DNA of 64,000 nt from Lingula anatina (taxonomy: Eukaryota; Animalia; Brachiopoda), in assembly GCA_051362555.1 (NCBI GenBank), contig CM120642.1, forward strand, positions 13,578,001 to 13,642,000. Reading direction: 5' to 3'. The notes below the pieces were generated by a model. The model was not told where the DNA came from. It saw nothing but the letters and a program-made list of their open reading frames with translations, and made no database searches. Below are positions 15,001-34,773 of the stretch, in pieces (position 1 is the stretch's first letter; each line of letters starts with the position of its first letter). Made by a program: the position numbers and the translations under genes.

Positions 15001-18000
15001 TGGTACTAACTGTGAATCGATCTATCTCCAAGGGGATTCTCACTAAATTGCAATCGACTTTAACAGCTTAGATGTCTGTCATGTGTATTAAAGCTGCTAG
15101 GGGATAATTAATTATTGTTTAGCAGCTTTGTTACACGTGACAGACATCTAAGAGGTATAAGCTGAAAGCCATTTAGTGAGAAACCCCTTGGAGATGGATC
15201 GATCCTGTCAGATCCATTTAGGTATGGATACCAGTCTAAAACTTTCAAAGCAACCAACAGACTTTATGATACAGCAATCTGGACCCAGCACAATATAAAA
15301 AATACACGTTTTCTGTAGAGACTTGGGTTGAATTTATTACTGACTGTTGAATACAGCTCAAATAACCAAGAGTACACCTGGGCTTTGTTGTTCCTCAACA
15401 ACAACAACATATCTTGCTAACTTCCTAACAGTATGTTTTGATGGAAAATGTTAACCAGTGGCCTTGTTATAAACTTGGCATTTGTAATTGCATTTCAGTG
15501 CCACCTAAATTGCACTTGTTTTATGTGCTTGTACCTACTTTTAATATATTGTTGAATGTTTGAGATATTACATGTAGTTTTCCACAATTTCCTGCATTGA
15601 AAAGCCTTGAGTAGCTCAGACGTTATTCAAGGAGATAAACACATGATGTGACAAATTTTCTTTTATTTTTTTAACCCAGACGCTATTGTTTGGATGACAT
15701 AGATTTCATTTGAAGACTTTTATTTTATTTTATTTTATTTTATTACATAGCAGCGGTAAATTTAGCGTGGAGATAAAGTAAGTTGAGCTATTCCGTTTCA
15801 ACGCATTTGGAGAACATGAAAGAGCTTGGCAGCCATGTTTGAGATTGAATTTTTCTGTGACTGACAATGTCACAAATTGTTTGATGTAAAGCATTTAAGA
15901 TTAACAGTTTCACTTCAGAAAGTTGGTCACAGATATGATGAGCAAAGACAGACATAAACAAATGATCTGCGTAGACAGCCACAGGTTAAGATTTATTCCC
16001 CACAATTGCAGCCTGATCAAATTTGAAAATCTAAGATCAACTAGTCATTCAAGCTGTCTGCATTTAATATGCCGTAAGATTCATGAAGCATCAAATTCAG
16101 GTATTTTGTCCGCTTAACTGAGACTCAGGTGCGTAATTTTCTTCAAATGTTACTTCATCTCCCTCAATCTTGCATAATAGGGCAGAATTGATTTCTAATT
16201 GGATGGGGATAGAGTAACGCCAGCTGACAACAAAGACATACTTGTTGTGTGGAATATCGTTGCCCTCTGTTTATTGCACAGTTGATGGATATATCACAGC
16301 TATAATAGTATCCTGGATGTTCTGATATTATGAGCTGACAAAAGAGAAGTAAACTGCATAGAGAGTTATGACTGTGACAATTTTATTTTACGTCATATGT
16401 ATCAAACTCGGAGAGAAATTTCCATTTCTGGTGAAAAGTTTTGAATGTATTTGGTGATGCTAAGATTGTTTTATGATGCAAATTAATAATTCTGTTTTTA
16501 ATTGAAATATTGGAGGTAAAAACCATCTCAATATTAGCTGTTGACTGAAGAAAAAAATCACATCATTCTTAGGATAAAAATAATGGCATTTTACACTATA
16601 TGAGATATGTCCCTCAGTACTGTTTATCATCCTTAGGCTATTAATTTGATTGATCCGCATGAATGGGAGATGAATAGGAGAGAAAAAAATATTATATTAT
16701 ATTGCTGCCTCTGTATATAAACTACAGAGTATCTTTTAGTAACTCTTTGACAGTTGCTTATGTAGCCTGACCCTAGAGACATGATTCTTTGTAATAATGT
16801 GAAGAATTCTAGTACTAAGGTCTGGTTATGAAGGTGTGACCAAGCTGTCATAGCAGACAGCTTAATTACAGTATCTGACCATTTCCATGGCAGTAATTGG
16901 CATGTGAGTGTACTCAAAGTGGGCTGGGAAAACAAGGATCGGATTTATTTATTAGATTATTGATGTGGTCAGTATAATGTAATATAATATGGCTCTGGAA
17001 AGTGACCTCATCATGGTCATCTCTAGGTCCCAGCATTGTTATTTCCATTATTTACATTGTTATTTCCGTGCATCTCTATTCCCCCTAGCATAATTAAGAT
17101 ATTGCCCACATTGATACTCGTCAGCAACTTTACTCCTTCTCTTAAGTTTTTGAGGATATTAAAAAAATTATTGAAATTAAGAGTTATACAGTATTTCATA
17201 TGTCACTTTGGTTTTCCTTGGGGAGTAACATTGTGGGGGAGTAATGGTGTAGGGACGTATCGGGATTTAACTGCCTGAACCTTCCTTACTGGAATAAAAA
17301 TGCAACTTTTCTCACAGTAGTTAAAACCACAGAACAAACCACAGAGTAGTAATACTGCTTGTATTCTGTATGGAAGAGAGAAAGATGAAGTAGAGAAGAG
17401 TTTAAAGCAAAACATTGATTGCCACTGTTTTGTAATTTTAGAGCTGAAATTGTATAGATCTTGATAAGATGGCACTGTGTGTGTTGTACTGTAGCATCAA
17501 TTGTTGTACAGATCCTGTGGTGCAAAAATTGTCTTTTATGTCAACATTTGTTGCAGATGATAACACAAAGATAGTGTTTCCTTGTGTAACTTGCAGTATT
17601 GTCAACGGAAGGGATAATAGATTGTTTATAATTTTCTTGTCAGATTAAATTACTTGGAAATTAGGAGAAATGCCCTTGAAGTTAATTTGGCACTTCTTTC
17701 ATTTTGTTTCAAAATACAATATAATTCTTTATTTAACATGTATTTTTCACCAAGTGAAAATTTCCCGTTTTAGCTGAAAAAAATCTGAATAATTAAAGTG
17801 AACTTGAAAAAATAAAACATAATCAGCCAGAGATCTCAGTAAATTATGTTATTTCCTATCTAAGTCACTAATTAATTGGCAAAAGCAATTGTATTTTCTT
17901 AAGCCAAATTGAAAAAAAGTTTGTAAAAGCATGCGTGAGGCGAGATGTACTCATACGTAAACAACACTTGTCCTGACGAGGACACGTTTTAGTCCTGGGA

Positions 18001-21000
18001 GGTCAGAGCAGCATGCTCCAACATGGTCACAGTCACTTGACTGTCACTGGAGTGGTAAGGAGACACTATAATTAACCCCTCAGATGGAGGGTTGAGAGGA
18101 AAATGGACACCTAAGTGAGCTTGTTAACACTGGCCTATACTGGTTCAAGCTGCAAAAGAAAAGGACTCGGGTTTTATGTACTTCTTTTAAAAGCTATTTT
18201 GTAAAGGTTGAAAAAAAACTTGAATCAAAGTTTGACTGAAAATGTAGATAGATGCTATTTGGTTTCTTCAGTTTTCAAAATTTAGGATGTTGGATGGTAA
18301 ATTTATATGTATGTGGGTTTATTTGCGTTTCTTGGCTCAAAAATGAAAGATGAGGTGTGACTTTTAAAGCATTATATATAACATTCACATTATATATAAC
18401 ACTTTAATGAAAAAAGATGACTAATAATGCAGTTGTAAACAAATAACAGTTAAGTTGTACTTATATCATTTTTCCGTTTTTTTTACACTCTAGAGTGTTT
18501 TTCATCTGTTGCTTGTGTCAAACCTTTTTATTAAAGAGAGAGAATATGCATCTTACTCTCTTGAAGAACTTTGGGAAAGGGGGAATGGTTTAAAACTTTT
18601 AAGAGCAAAAGTATGAATGAGAAAAATACTGGGCAATCCCTTAAAATAATTTATGAGCAATTTTCTGGAAGAACTCTTCCTTCCTGGTAAGATGTTTTGT
18701 TAAGCATTGTAAAACTGAAACATAATAATATAACTAAGTTGCTGAGTAACTTGAAATCGATCACCAATCATATTTTTATCATTAAGATATAGATAAATGC
18801 ACAACACTGCAATTTAGTCTAAGCATGAAAAAAGAGGGTTTTAATATATTGCCATGGTTCTCTTTTTTGTTGGTATTCCTTTGAACTGTTGTGCTCATTT
18901 ACTTGAAAAAAAAAATTTAGATAATTTCTCTTATCATGATCTAAATTTAATTCATTTTTTCTCAACAAATTTTAACAATAATAAAAATTATTATTCTATA
19001 TGTATTCATATTAACGCACTCTTTGACATGAGGCTTTAGGGGAATGGACAAGTATCTTTAGAAAAAAACAGCTTTAATTTAGTGTATTCCCATGTACATT
19101 TCATCAAAGGAGTACCTTTTATTTTTTTACTGGATATATATTGTGAAAATGTTAAATGCCAATTACGCCTTTTCAATAAAAATTATAAGTTTTAATTATT
19201 TTAAATATCTAATTTGGAAAAATATATCTGTAATAGGTACATAAACATCAAAGGATTAATTTTCTTTATGATATGAATTGATAGATAAATGAACTTTTTA
19301 TTAAACCAAAGAGGAGGTAGATGCACAACGATGGAAGAAAGGTATGGTGTGACTAAAAAGTATTTTGTATAAAAAAATTGCCAATGGATATATATATATT
19401 GAGGATTTCATTAACATGGTCTTGGTTTTGAAAGCATTTTTCTAAGTTTTAGATTATTTATGATAAATACTGAATGCCTCAAATGTGAAAAAAAAGAAAT
19501 GGCATAATATTTGGTTGTTAAATTCTATTGATAAGATTTGTGTGTGGTAAATCTTTCTTCAGCAGGTGATTTTCAGAGATTACTGACACAATAGTAGAGT
19601 TCTGTTATTTTCAGAGAAATTTAAGAGATCCGTCTTCAAACCACTCCCTGCTGCTGTGGTATAAGTGAGCCTAATGAGCCCTCTCCATGTTCAAGTATGA
19701 CATAAAGTTGCATTAAATGCTCACATTTCAACGTGGAAATGGATCTATCAATGACTAGTTTATGTTGTTTAAGCTTACAAAAGCATACCACTATGGCATG
19801 TGCCGTCTGAACTGACACGAGGATTACACATTTACAGAAAGATGGAGGAGGATTGTTTCTTTAGAAAGATAAATGCGCAGATGCAAATCGTGCTGTGTAA
19901 CCGACAATACCAAATCTGTTTAACTCAGATTGTATATTGAACTTAGGTGTATTCTTTAAAATATATTTACTTCATATCATTTACAGATTTAAAGACATGG
20001 TTTGTAGTAAACAAGGGTTGAATTTTTTCTAAAGTCATTAGTGCAGCAAAAGTTGAGAGAGGGAGAAGAGAAGGGGTTTCACGTATACTTGTAAAGGACG
20101 TATACTCTGTCTGCTAGGAAGGATGTGTATACCACTGTTGTCTTTTTAGATAGATATATAAAATATGAGGAAAATGATATACTTGAAATATATACAGCCC
20201 TGTTGTAATTTACATGTTGTTTTTAGTCTTAATTAGATTGTTTTTGTATTGCATAAAGACAGATCATTTTTATTTTTGATTTATTGGTCTCTGAACACAT
20301 TAATATTGCTCACTATAATAAATACCTGCCTGAATCTTCCATTTTATACTGTAAAACTTTGTAAGGGATGAAATGAAAAAAGAATTGACTAACTTTTGAA
20401 CACCCATGTTTTGAAGAGTTGTCTATAAAAGCAAAACAACAGTTCTGAAATGAAATTTGCTTGTTTGCTTCATCTGTTAGAAAAACATGAGGCAAAAGCT
20501 TCAAAGTGAAATTATTTAATATGATCTTTTTTTCTAGAATCTTCTATGTTTAGACATCAGAAATTGTTCCGTTTTCTGTGGGATATCTGGGGCTTGAAAT
20601 GCATTTTTGTAATTTTAGAAAATGGATGAACTCAGAAAAAAAGAATTGGTGAACTTCTGAACACAACTTCTTGAAGAGTTATCTCTAAAAACAAAACGAC
20701 AGCTCTGAAATGAAATTTGCTCATTTGCTGTATCTGTTATGAAAACATGAGGCAAAAGCTTCAAAGTAAAGATATTCATCTTTGTTCTTGAAACTTCTAT
20801 GTTTAGACATCATAAATTGTTCTGTTTTCTGTGGGATATCTGGGGCTTGAAATGCATTATTTTATTTTAGAAAAGTCACATATGTTTTGCTTCACAGACT
20901 CCTGAGCTATAGCAATAGACATATCACATTAACTGAATGTGTCATGTGCAAAATAAATGGAAATTAAGCTTTTCTCGTGTTGCACCGGTGGCGGAAGATA

Positions 21001-22571
21001 AGGTTCAAAATCTGCTCAGTCAGCGTGAGATAGGTGGGAGAACACTCTGGCTAACTTGTTGGAATTTTGCCACATCTATCCTGAAAATGAAAATGAAGAC
21101 TTTATTTAAAGAAAATAATAAACACTGATAGTTTTTTGTTTTGTTTTTGTTTTTTAACATTTTTCAATGCCTTTATGAATATTTTTAGCTTGAACAAAAT
21201 ATTAACTAGCTTAAAGGCAACATAGTAGGTTTTGATGATAGTCAAATCATTAAAATTTCAGGTCCTAGGGGTAACTGGCAGCAATGGTTTTGTCTTTTTG
21301 TACATGAAAAATAAATTTGGGTAGAGTAAGCGGTAACTCAGCCTCTCCCTGCCATAGTGATCATATTATATGAAGTTGGCTCACAGGCAATCACATCTCA
21401 CTTCATTGACCCTGAAAAAATTGCCTGATATTAGCTTTTTCTAATATAAGGCTAATGTATGAAACTGATATAAAGTATCTGATGAAATGGGATCCTTTTC
21501 TGATCCACTGTAATCTATCATTCTAACTGTTTGGAATTTGTCACAAGTGGCACTGCTTGAAGACAAGTTGTACCAGGCGGAATGACTTTTTTTTAAAGGT
21601 TTTTCACTTGAAAATTAAAGTCTATAAAGGCCATGTTTACATTGAAGATAGGTTGACACTTCTTGAAATACTGCCACATCCTTTGCCAGGCATGGCATTT
21701 TATGTTTGTTAAGAGAAAAGAGGGCTAACATTTATAGCCGAGAGCAAGCTTATCTTGTAGAGATCAATGGTATGGAGAGAAGTCAACATATACTCAATAT
21801 AATATGTAATTCAAGCTTGATCCGTAATGTCAAAGATATGTGTGAAGTTGACCGAAAATGAGAACCATTTGAACAGAAAGGGAGAATGTCATAGTGCTAA
21901 ATGGAAATGGGATAGTCACATGCCTGGATTGACAGTTGTAAACCTTAAAATACTTAAAATTCAAACCGTATTCCTTCTGTCCCAACATATTACCAGTGAA
22001 CTACAATATTTACCATAACAAAATTATTTATTTCGTGGTATTACAGGTTGAAGGTGAAGTGGAATTGGTTGGATTGGTGAAACATGCAGAGAAAGTAAGT
22101 TCATGTCAATAGAACTGAATGTTTTATGTGTTCACCTTGAATTTTTACCTGGTAAAGTCAGTCAAAAATAAACTGGAAATAATTCAAAATAAGATTTGAC
22201 AGTACTGAAAAGTTTTCTCCAAATGAGACTTTAAAAAACCTATGAAAGTATAAAACTATGAAAAAATGTTAGGTGTGGTTTATTTGAAATGGGTAGTAGT
22301 TTTCTACCTACTGTAGTGAAGGGAAATGTGTTAGTTGAGACTACAACACAATAGAGTGTGATGGCACAAATAAGGAAGTACAAGAAAACATTCTTCTAAA
22401 AAAAATCCAATTTGCAAGATGCTTTTCCTATAATGCCAACACATTTTGTTTTCTGGATGACACTTTAATGAGGAAAATAACAGATCATAGTAAGTAAAAC
22501 ATGTCAAGACAAGTGGTAGAAGTGTAGATCCTTTAGGAAAATATGGTCCCAGCCTTCCAAGACTGTTCCCC

Positions 22572-22609
<38 letters not shown>

Positions 22610-23260
22610 GCACCTATTCTCCAGGTAACTGAGATTCCATGGGCTCTAAAAAGCAAGGATGATAATATATTATAATTTCATTTCATTGGTTAATAAATCA
22701 GCATTTTTTTCTTCAGAAATCCAGGTATGCGTCATCAAACATGTATACAAAAACAGTGAAAAGTGACTATGAAGCGGTCCGCTTTCTGGTTCTGGATGTA
22801 GATGAGATAGCCCATTATCTTAACACTGCCCCGGTCTGCCTCAGTGCTGATGCAGGTAAGATTGATTCCACCAAGGCCATAGCTAGGTTAAGGTTGACCA
22901 GGGCCCCGTAACTCAAAAGCAGCACGTGTATTATATGGGGCAAGTATGGGCAAGTTATGGAATCAAGACGTTTGCGCTCGGACGTGCGATGCTTTCGAGT
23001 TACCGGGCCCAGGTCTTTGATTTGGTGAAAGTTTCCCCAGATTTGTTTTACAGACATGGCTGGCTCCAAGAGAAATAAAGGCCTAGCACTGACCCAAGAT
23101 AAATCCGTTATAGTCCATTCAATTGTATTATTGGTATAATGTAAAACAAAACAGGTGGCTACTATTTAAGACTAATGATTTATGTATTTTAGTGGGCTTT
23201 AAAGATTTACCCTGAATAAAAGTAGACCACTTTGACAATGATTGGGTTTTTAAAGTTAAG

Positions 23261-23294
<34 letters not shown>

Positions 23295-24357
23295 TGTGTG
23301 TGTGTGTGTGAGTGAGTGAGTGAGTGAGTGAGCGAGTGAGTGACAGACAGACCAGCCCCAGGAGAACAGGAGTGGGGTCTTGCCATTTCTTGGTCTTTGG
23401 CTTGAAGTAAAGATATCAGCCCAATGTCCCAAAACCTCCTCAGTCTAGTTATCTTATTGTTTTAAAATATGAGATAAATATTGTAATCACATAATGCCAG
23501 GTACATGGTGCTGGTAAAAATTATAGTATTTATTGTTAAATGGTGAATGATAGACTGGAGTTGTCTATGTTAGACTTTTTTGTCATCATTCTGCTTGAAA
23601 TATATTTGGATATTACGATTGACATACAGTAAATACTTGTATCTTTTCAGTGGGGGAAAATTTTGAATTTTAAAGATATTGTATTTTTTGAAGTCATAGT
23701 ATTTAAAATAAGAGCATTCCTATTGAGTGGTTGCAACAAAATTAAATAGCAGGCCACTCTATGATACAATTCTTTGCAGTAAATGCCTATTGAAAAGATT
23801 GAGATTGAGCTCTTAATATTAAGTATATTTATATTGTGTCATTTGTAGACTCTACAGTGGAAGAAGGTCCTGTTGGTGGCCAGACCAGGGTGAAAGTTCG
23901 CAATGACCACTTCTCGTATATATTAATTTGGTAAGGTGACATTCTCTTAATTAAAAAAATTATACATGGTTGCTTTTAAGTTAAAATTTGGTAAGTTGTG
24001 CTTATATTATATTTAAGTATTTATTTATACCAAAAGTTTTTACTGAGGTTTTTAAATTACTTTTTTTCTTTTGTGGAAAATATAATTTGGCAGGAAAATC
24101 CTAAATTTAGGATATATATAAGTGCTTTTCATGTTTTCCCACCTTTTAATATATATCCCCATATCATTTGCCTTAATTAGCTTATTTTCCACATCAGGCT
24201 TTCCTTGGCTATACTGACATCTTACTCATGGTACAAACAGTTTCGAGTAGAACCTTCGTCAACAGCACTTGGCGCATACATCAAGAGATCACAGCGGGCA
24301 GCCACGCTGTCTAGTAGGTTAGGAGAAAAACAAGGAATGGCAAAGAAACCACAATAA
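40..24357 (+). CDS. SURF1: Surfeit locus protein 1 (cytochrome c oxidase assembly factor), 5'-partial; 9 exons: 40-195, 1114-1235, 2049-2141, 2481-2594, 3033-3105, 22047-22094, 22717-22855, 23849-23930, 24198-24357
   Basis: GT-AG exons join in phase to give 328 aa with SURF1 family motifs: LGFWQIQRLKWK, LEYHPIRVRGTFDH, GGWVVTPF, ILINRGWVP, QKGQ|VEGEVELVGLV, GPVGGQTRVKVRNDHFSYILIW. The first in-window exon is Arg-rich, like a targeting peptide. The start codon lies upstream of the window. Confidence 0.93.
445..738. mobile_element. Palindromic (fold-back) MITE-like element in a SURF1 intron
   Basis: Left arm aactgatccagggactaaatatggctgtcc...gccacctaatctcctaatggtctccctgcctccacatgctcca matches the reverse complement of the right arm (aactgatccacggatttaatatggccgacc...gccacctaaacctatgatggtctcctcgacctccacacgttcca). 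Confidence 0.7.
813..943. repeat. Tandem duplication, 2 x 65 bp
   Basis: catttcataataatgtcctctttg(t/c)tatagaaacat(a/g)tattaagctatatattattgtcatcata starts at 813 and again at 878. Confidence 0.9.
7835..8610. repeat. 62-bp minisatellite array, about 12 diverged units
   Basis: Unit ctgcatactctgttgcaaggccttgtctccatatctcaagctgttgacatgtgtatagt; gcatac recurs at 7961, 8023, 8085 and 8147 (period 62). Confidence 0.92.
10951..13120 (+). mobile_element. Composite Helentron-associated non-autonomous element (HINE/DINE-1-like) with internal 159-bp tandem repeats
   Basis: T-run flank; 5' sub-terminal palindrome atgtacagacacagatgtgtctgtacat; (GTCGCC)n microsatellite; core repeats at 11125, 11284 and 11443 (period 159); second head at 12151; 3' tgtctgtacat followed by hairpin cagc-ttt-gctg and then cttgtt. 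Confidence 0.75.
14985..15237. mobile_element. Palindromic MITE-like hairpin element
   Basis: atcgatctatctccaaggggattctcactaaat...cttagatgtctgtcatgtgtattaaagctgcta pairs with tagcagctttgttacacgtgacagacatctaag...atttagtgagaaaccccttggagatggatcgat. Confidence 0.75.
20392..20875. repeat. Tandem duplication, about 260-bp unit x2
   Basis: Blocks such as ctgaaatgaaatttgct, aaaacatgaggcaaaagcttcaaagt and ttttctgtgggatatctggggcttgaaatgcatt occur twice, about 250-260 bp apart. Confidence 0.85.
22574..22606. repeat. (CA)n microsatellite
   Basis: Direct reading. Confidence 0.95.
22902..23009. mobile_element. 108-bp MITE, PIF/Harbinger-like
   Basis: TIRs ggccccgtaactcaaaagca / tgctttcgagttaccgggcc, flanked on both sides by 3-bp CAG. 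The superfamily is inferred from the 3-bp TSD and GGCC ends. Confidence 0.65.
23264..23351. repeat. Compound (TG)n/(TGAG)n/(GACA)n microsatellite
   Basis: Direct reading. Confidence 0.9.
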
Positions 24358-25430
24358 GGATGGAGTGGCATCGTGACACATTACTTCATTGGCAAACAAT
24401 TACAGGTTGGAATGTTCTCACTCGCAGCAGGTATTTTAACAACATACCAAGTTTCAGTCATTATGGTGGGGATGGTATGGTCCTATGAAGGATTCATGGT
24501 ATTAAGTGGAACTGGACAGTAGATGCCAACTTGTGGTTACACACAACTTTCATGGAATTCATTTGGAGATATGAATAAACGACCTTCATGATTTAATAAA
24601 AGGTTAAACACTTCCAAGTAGGTGAATGTTTGCACCGATTTTTTTTTTCTTCATTTTGGATTTACCCCAAGTTCTGAATATGTTGTCAATTTTCAAGACA
24701 CTTGATCAGTTGTATTTGTTACATTTAAGGAAAGCCAAATTCAAACATGGAAATATTTTACTCCCAACAGCTTTTATGCCCCTGATATTGACATTGCAGA
24801 AAATAAACGTGTAACTTCCAAGGAGTGATAATTTTGTTGCAGCATCATGTATTTCAGGTAAATTTTGCTTGAGAATAAAATCAACAACAATGTGAATATG
24901 GTTTTAGTTTTTATTTTTCTTCAATGCCAGTCTTATATTGTGGTTACAATCCTAATATCTCATAATTGCTCTTTCTTGTAACATTTCTCTGAGAAAACAA
25001 CATTCAAATATTCTCATCATTTAGATAATAAAAAACAAAAAAAAATTATTCCTGGATAAAAGCAAAATTAGAAAAAAAAAGTATAACTCATAACTTCTGC
25101 ATGCAATTTACAAATTTATCACAAAATTTAAATGAATTTCATTGCTCTTCTTCCTACTATGAAAGTGTTCCTGTAGGTAACATCTCATGATTAATTTGGA
25201 TACTGGCATTCCATTCCATGAATAATAACCTCGTACACGGTTTCAAAGATCTTAAATATATCTTCATCTCCAAATGCTGCCAAGTTTTAGTTTTTCATTG
25301 TTGATGCCCTTCAACCCCCTATTGTCACTGCACATTGACAACAGCCAAGTGATTCCCCCCCCCCCCCAATCAAAAAAATAAATAAATTTTATAAATAAAT
25401 AAAGAAATAAAAACTCCTTATCCACATGTG

Positions 25431-33572
<8,142 letters not shown>

Positions 33573-33589
33573 TTCTTCGCCTTCTGTTC

Positions 33590-33780
33590 AATTAATATTA
33601 TATCCTCACGTGGCGAATCTGCCAATTATGATTTTGATGAGAAAGCCACCGATATATTTGCCAAAATATGCCGACTTTCTTCCACAGTAATGATAACCGG
33701 AAGATTTCACCACGTTGGTTTGTGCACATGCTCAGTTGTGGGAACAGCCAAAACGAGACGTGTGGAGTGCCCAAATAAAA
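33590..33780 (-). promoter_or_regulatory. Putative ABCF1 5'UTR/core promoter (CpG-retaining)
   Basis: Immediately upstream of the ATG, CpG-rich relative to the gene body, with an ETS-like CCGGAAG (about 33697) and an E-box CACGTG (about 33607). The motifs are short, so function is inferred. Confidence 0.45.
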
Positions 33781-33849
33781 TAACTTACGTTATTTGTTTT
33801 CGAAATTTGTCTTTTTATTTTTTAAGTTAACTTTTATCATACATGATGA

Positions 33850-33852
<3 letters not shown>

Positions 33853-33914
<62 letters not shown>
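33853..33914. repeat. (AAT)n microsatellite
   Basis: Direct reading. Confidence 0.95.
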
Positions 33915-33920
<6 letters not shown>

Positions 33921-34076
33921 GAAACATTTGCTTGGTAGTGATTTCCCAAAAATTGAGAAATTAAAAAATTTAAGATCGAGGTTTACCTTCGTGTGCAAAA
34001 TTATATTAAATATATATTGAAACCTGTTTTCAAGATTTAAATATCAAGCCACTCTTACCATTAAGTGTGCATTTCT

Positions 34077-34119
<43 letters not shown>

Positions 34120-34279
34120 CATGTAGGCAGGAAATGCAGGCTTAGCAAGATCCAACAGCTGTATTAAAATAACATGCATGTATTTTTTTTCTTGCAAGGC
34201 AGTAATTAAACTTAAGGTTCACGAACATCAGCGAATTTCTTTCAAAACTAATCACAACTGGACACACAGTGACAAGGCC

Positions 34280-34312
<33 letters not shown>

Positions 34313-34716
34313 GTTGCTGTTAAGGCTTGTTTTTGACTCGCAAAATAGAGGGGCGTTGGTTGGAATCTGTATGAAAGAAAAAGTGCCGGATGGCGTCAGT
34401 GGTGACGGGTAGCGAACCTCTCTACGTGAATAGAGTTGTATGCATAAGTTTAAAGTGAAACGAAGTAACCACACGACTAGGCCAGCACATGTAAACTTAA
34501 GCTTATTCTATCGCTTATAAAGTAAAGTAGGTCATGGCGTTTAGAACTCTATTGATTGCTTTTGTACACCGGAATACCTGTCAGTTAAATGCGTGTCCAT
34601 GCAATGGCCTCGGTTGAGACTTCGACTACTTCGGGGATTCTTGAAAACGCTATATTGAAAGAGAGGCTACATGGGTAGGAATCAACGTGTAACTATCCAA
34701 GGTATATTCTGTCTCA

Positions 34717-34718
<2 letters not shown>

Positions 34719-34771
<53 letters not shown>
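34719..34771. repeat. (TA)n microsatellite
   Basis: Direct reading. Confidence 0.95.
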
Positions 34772-34773
<2 letters not shown>

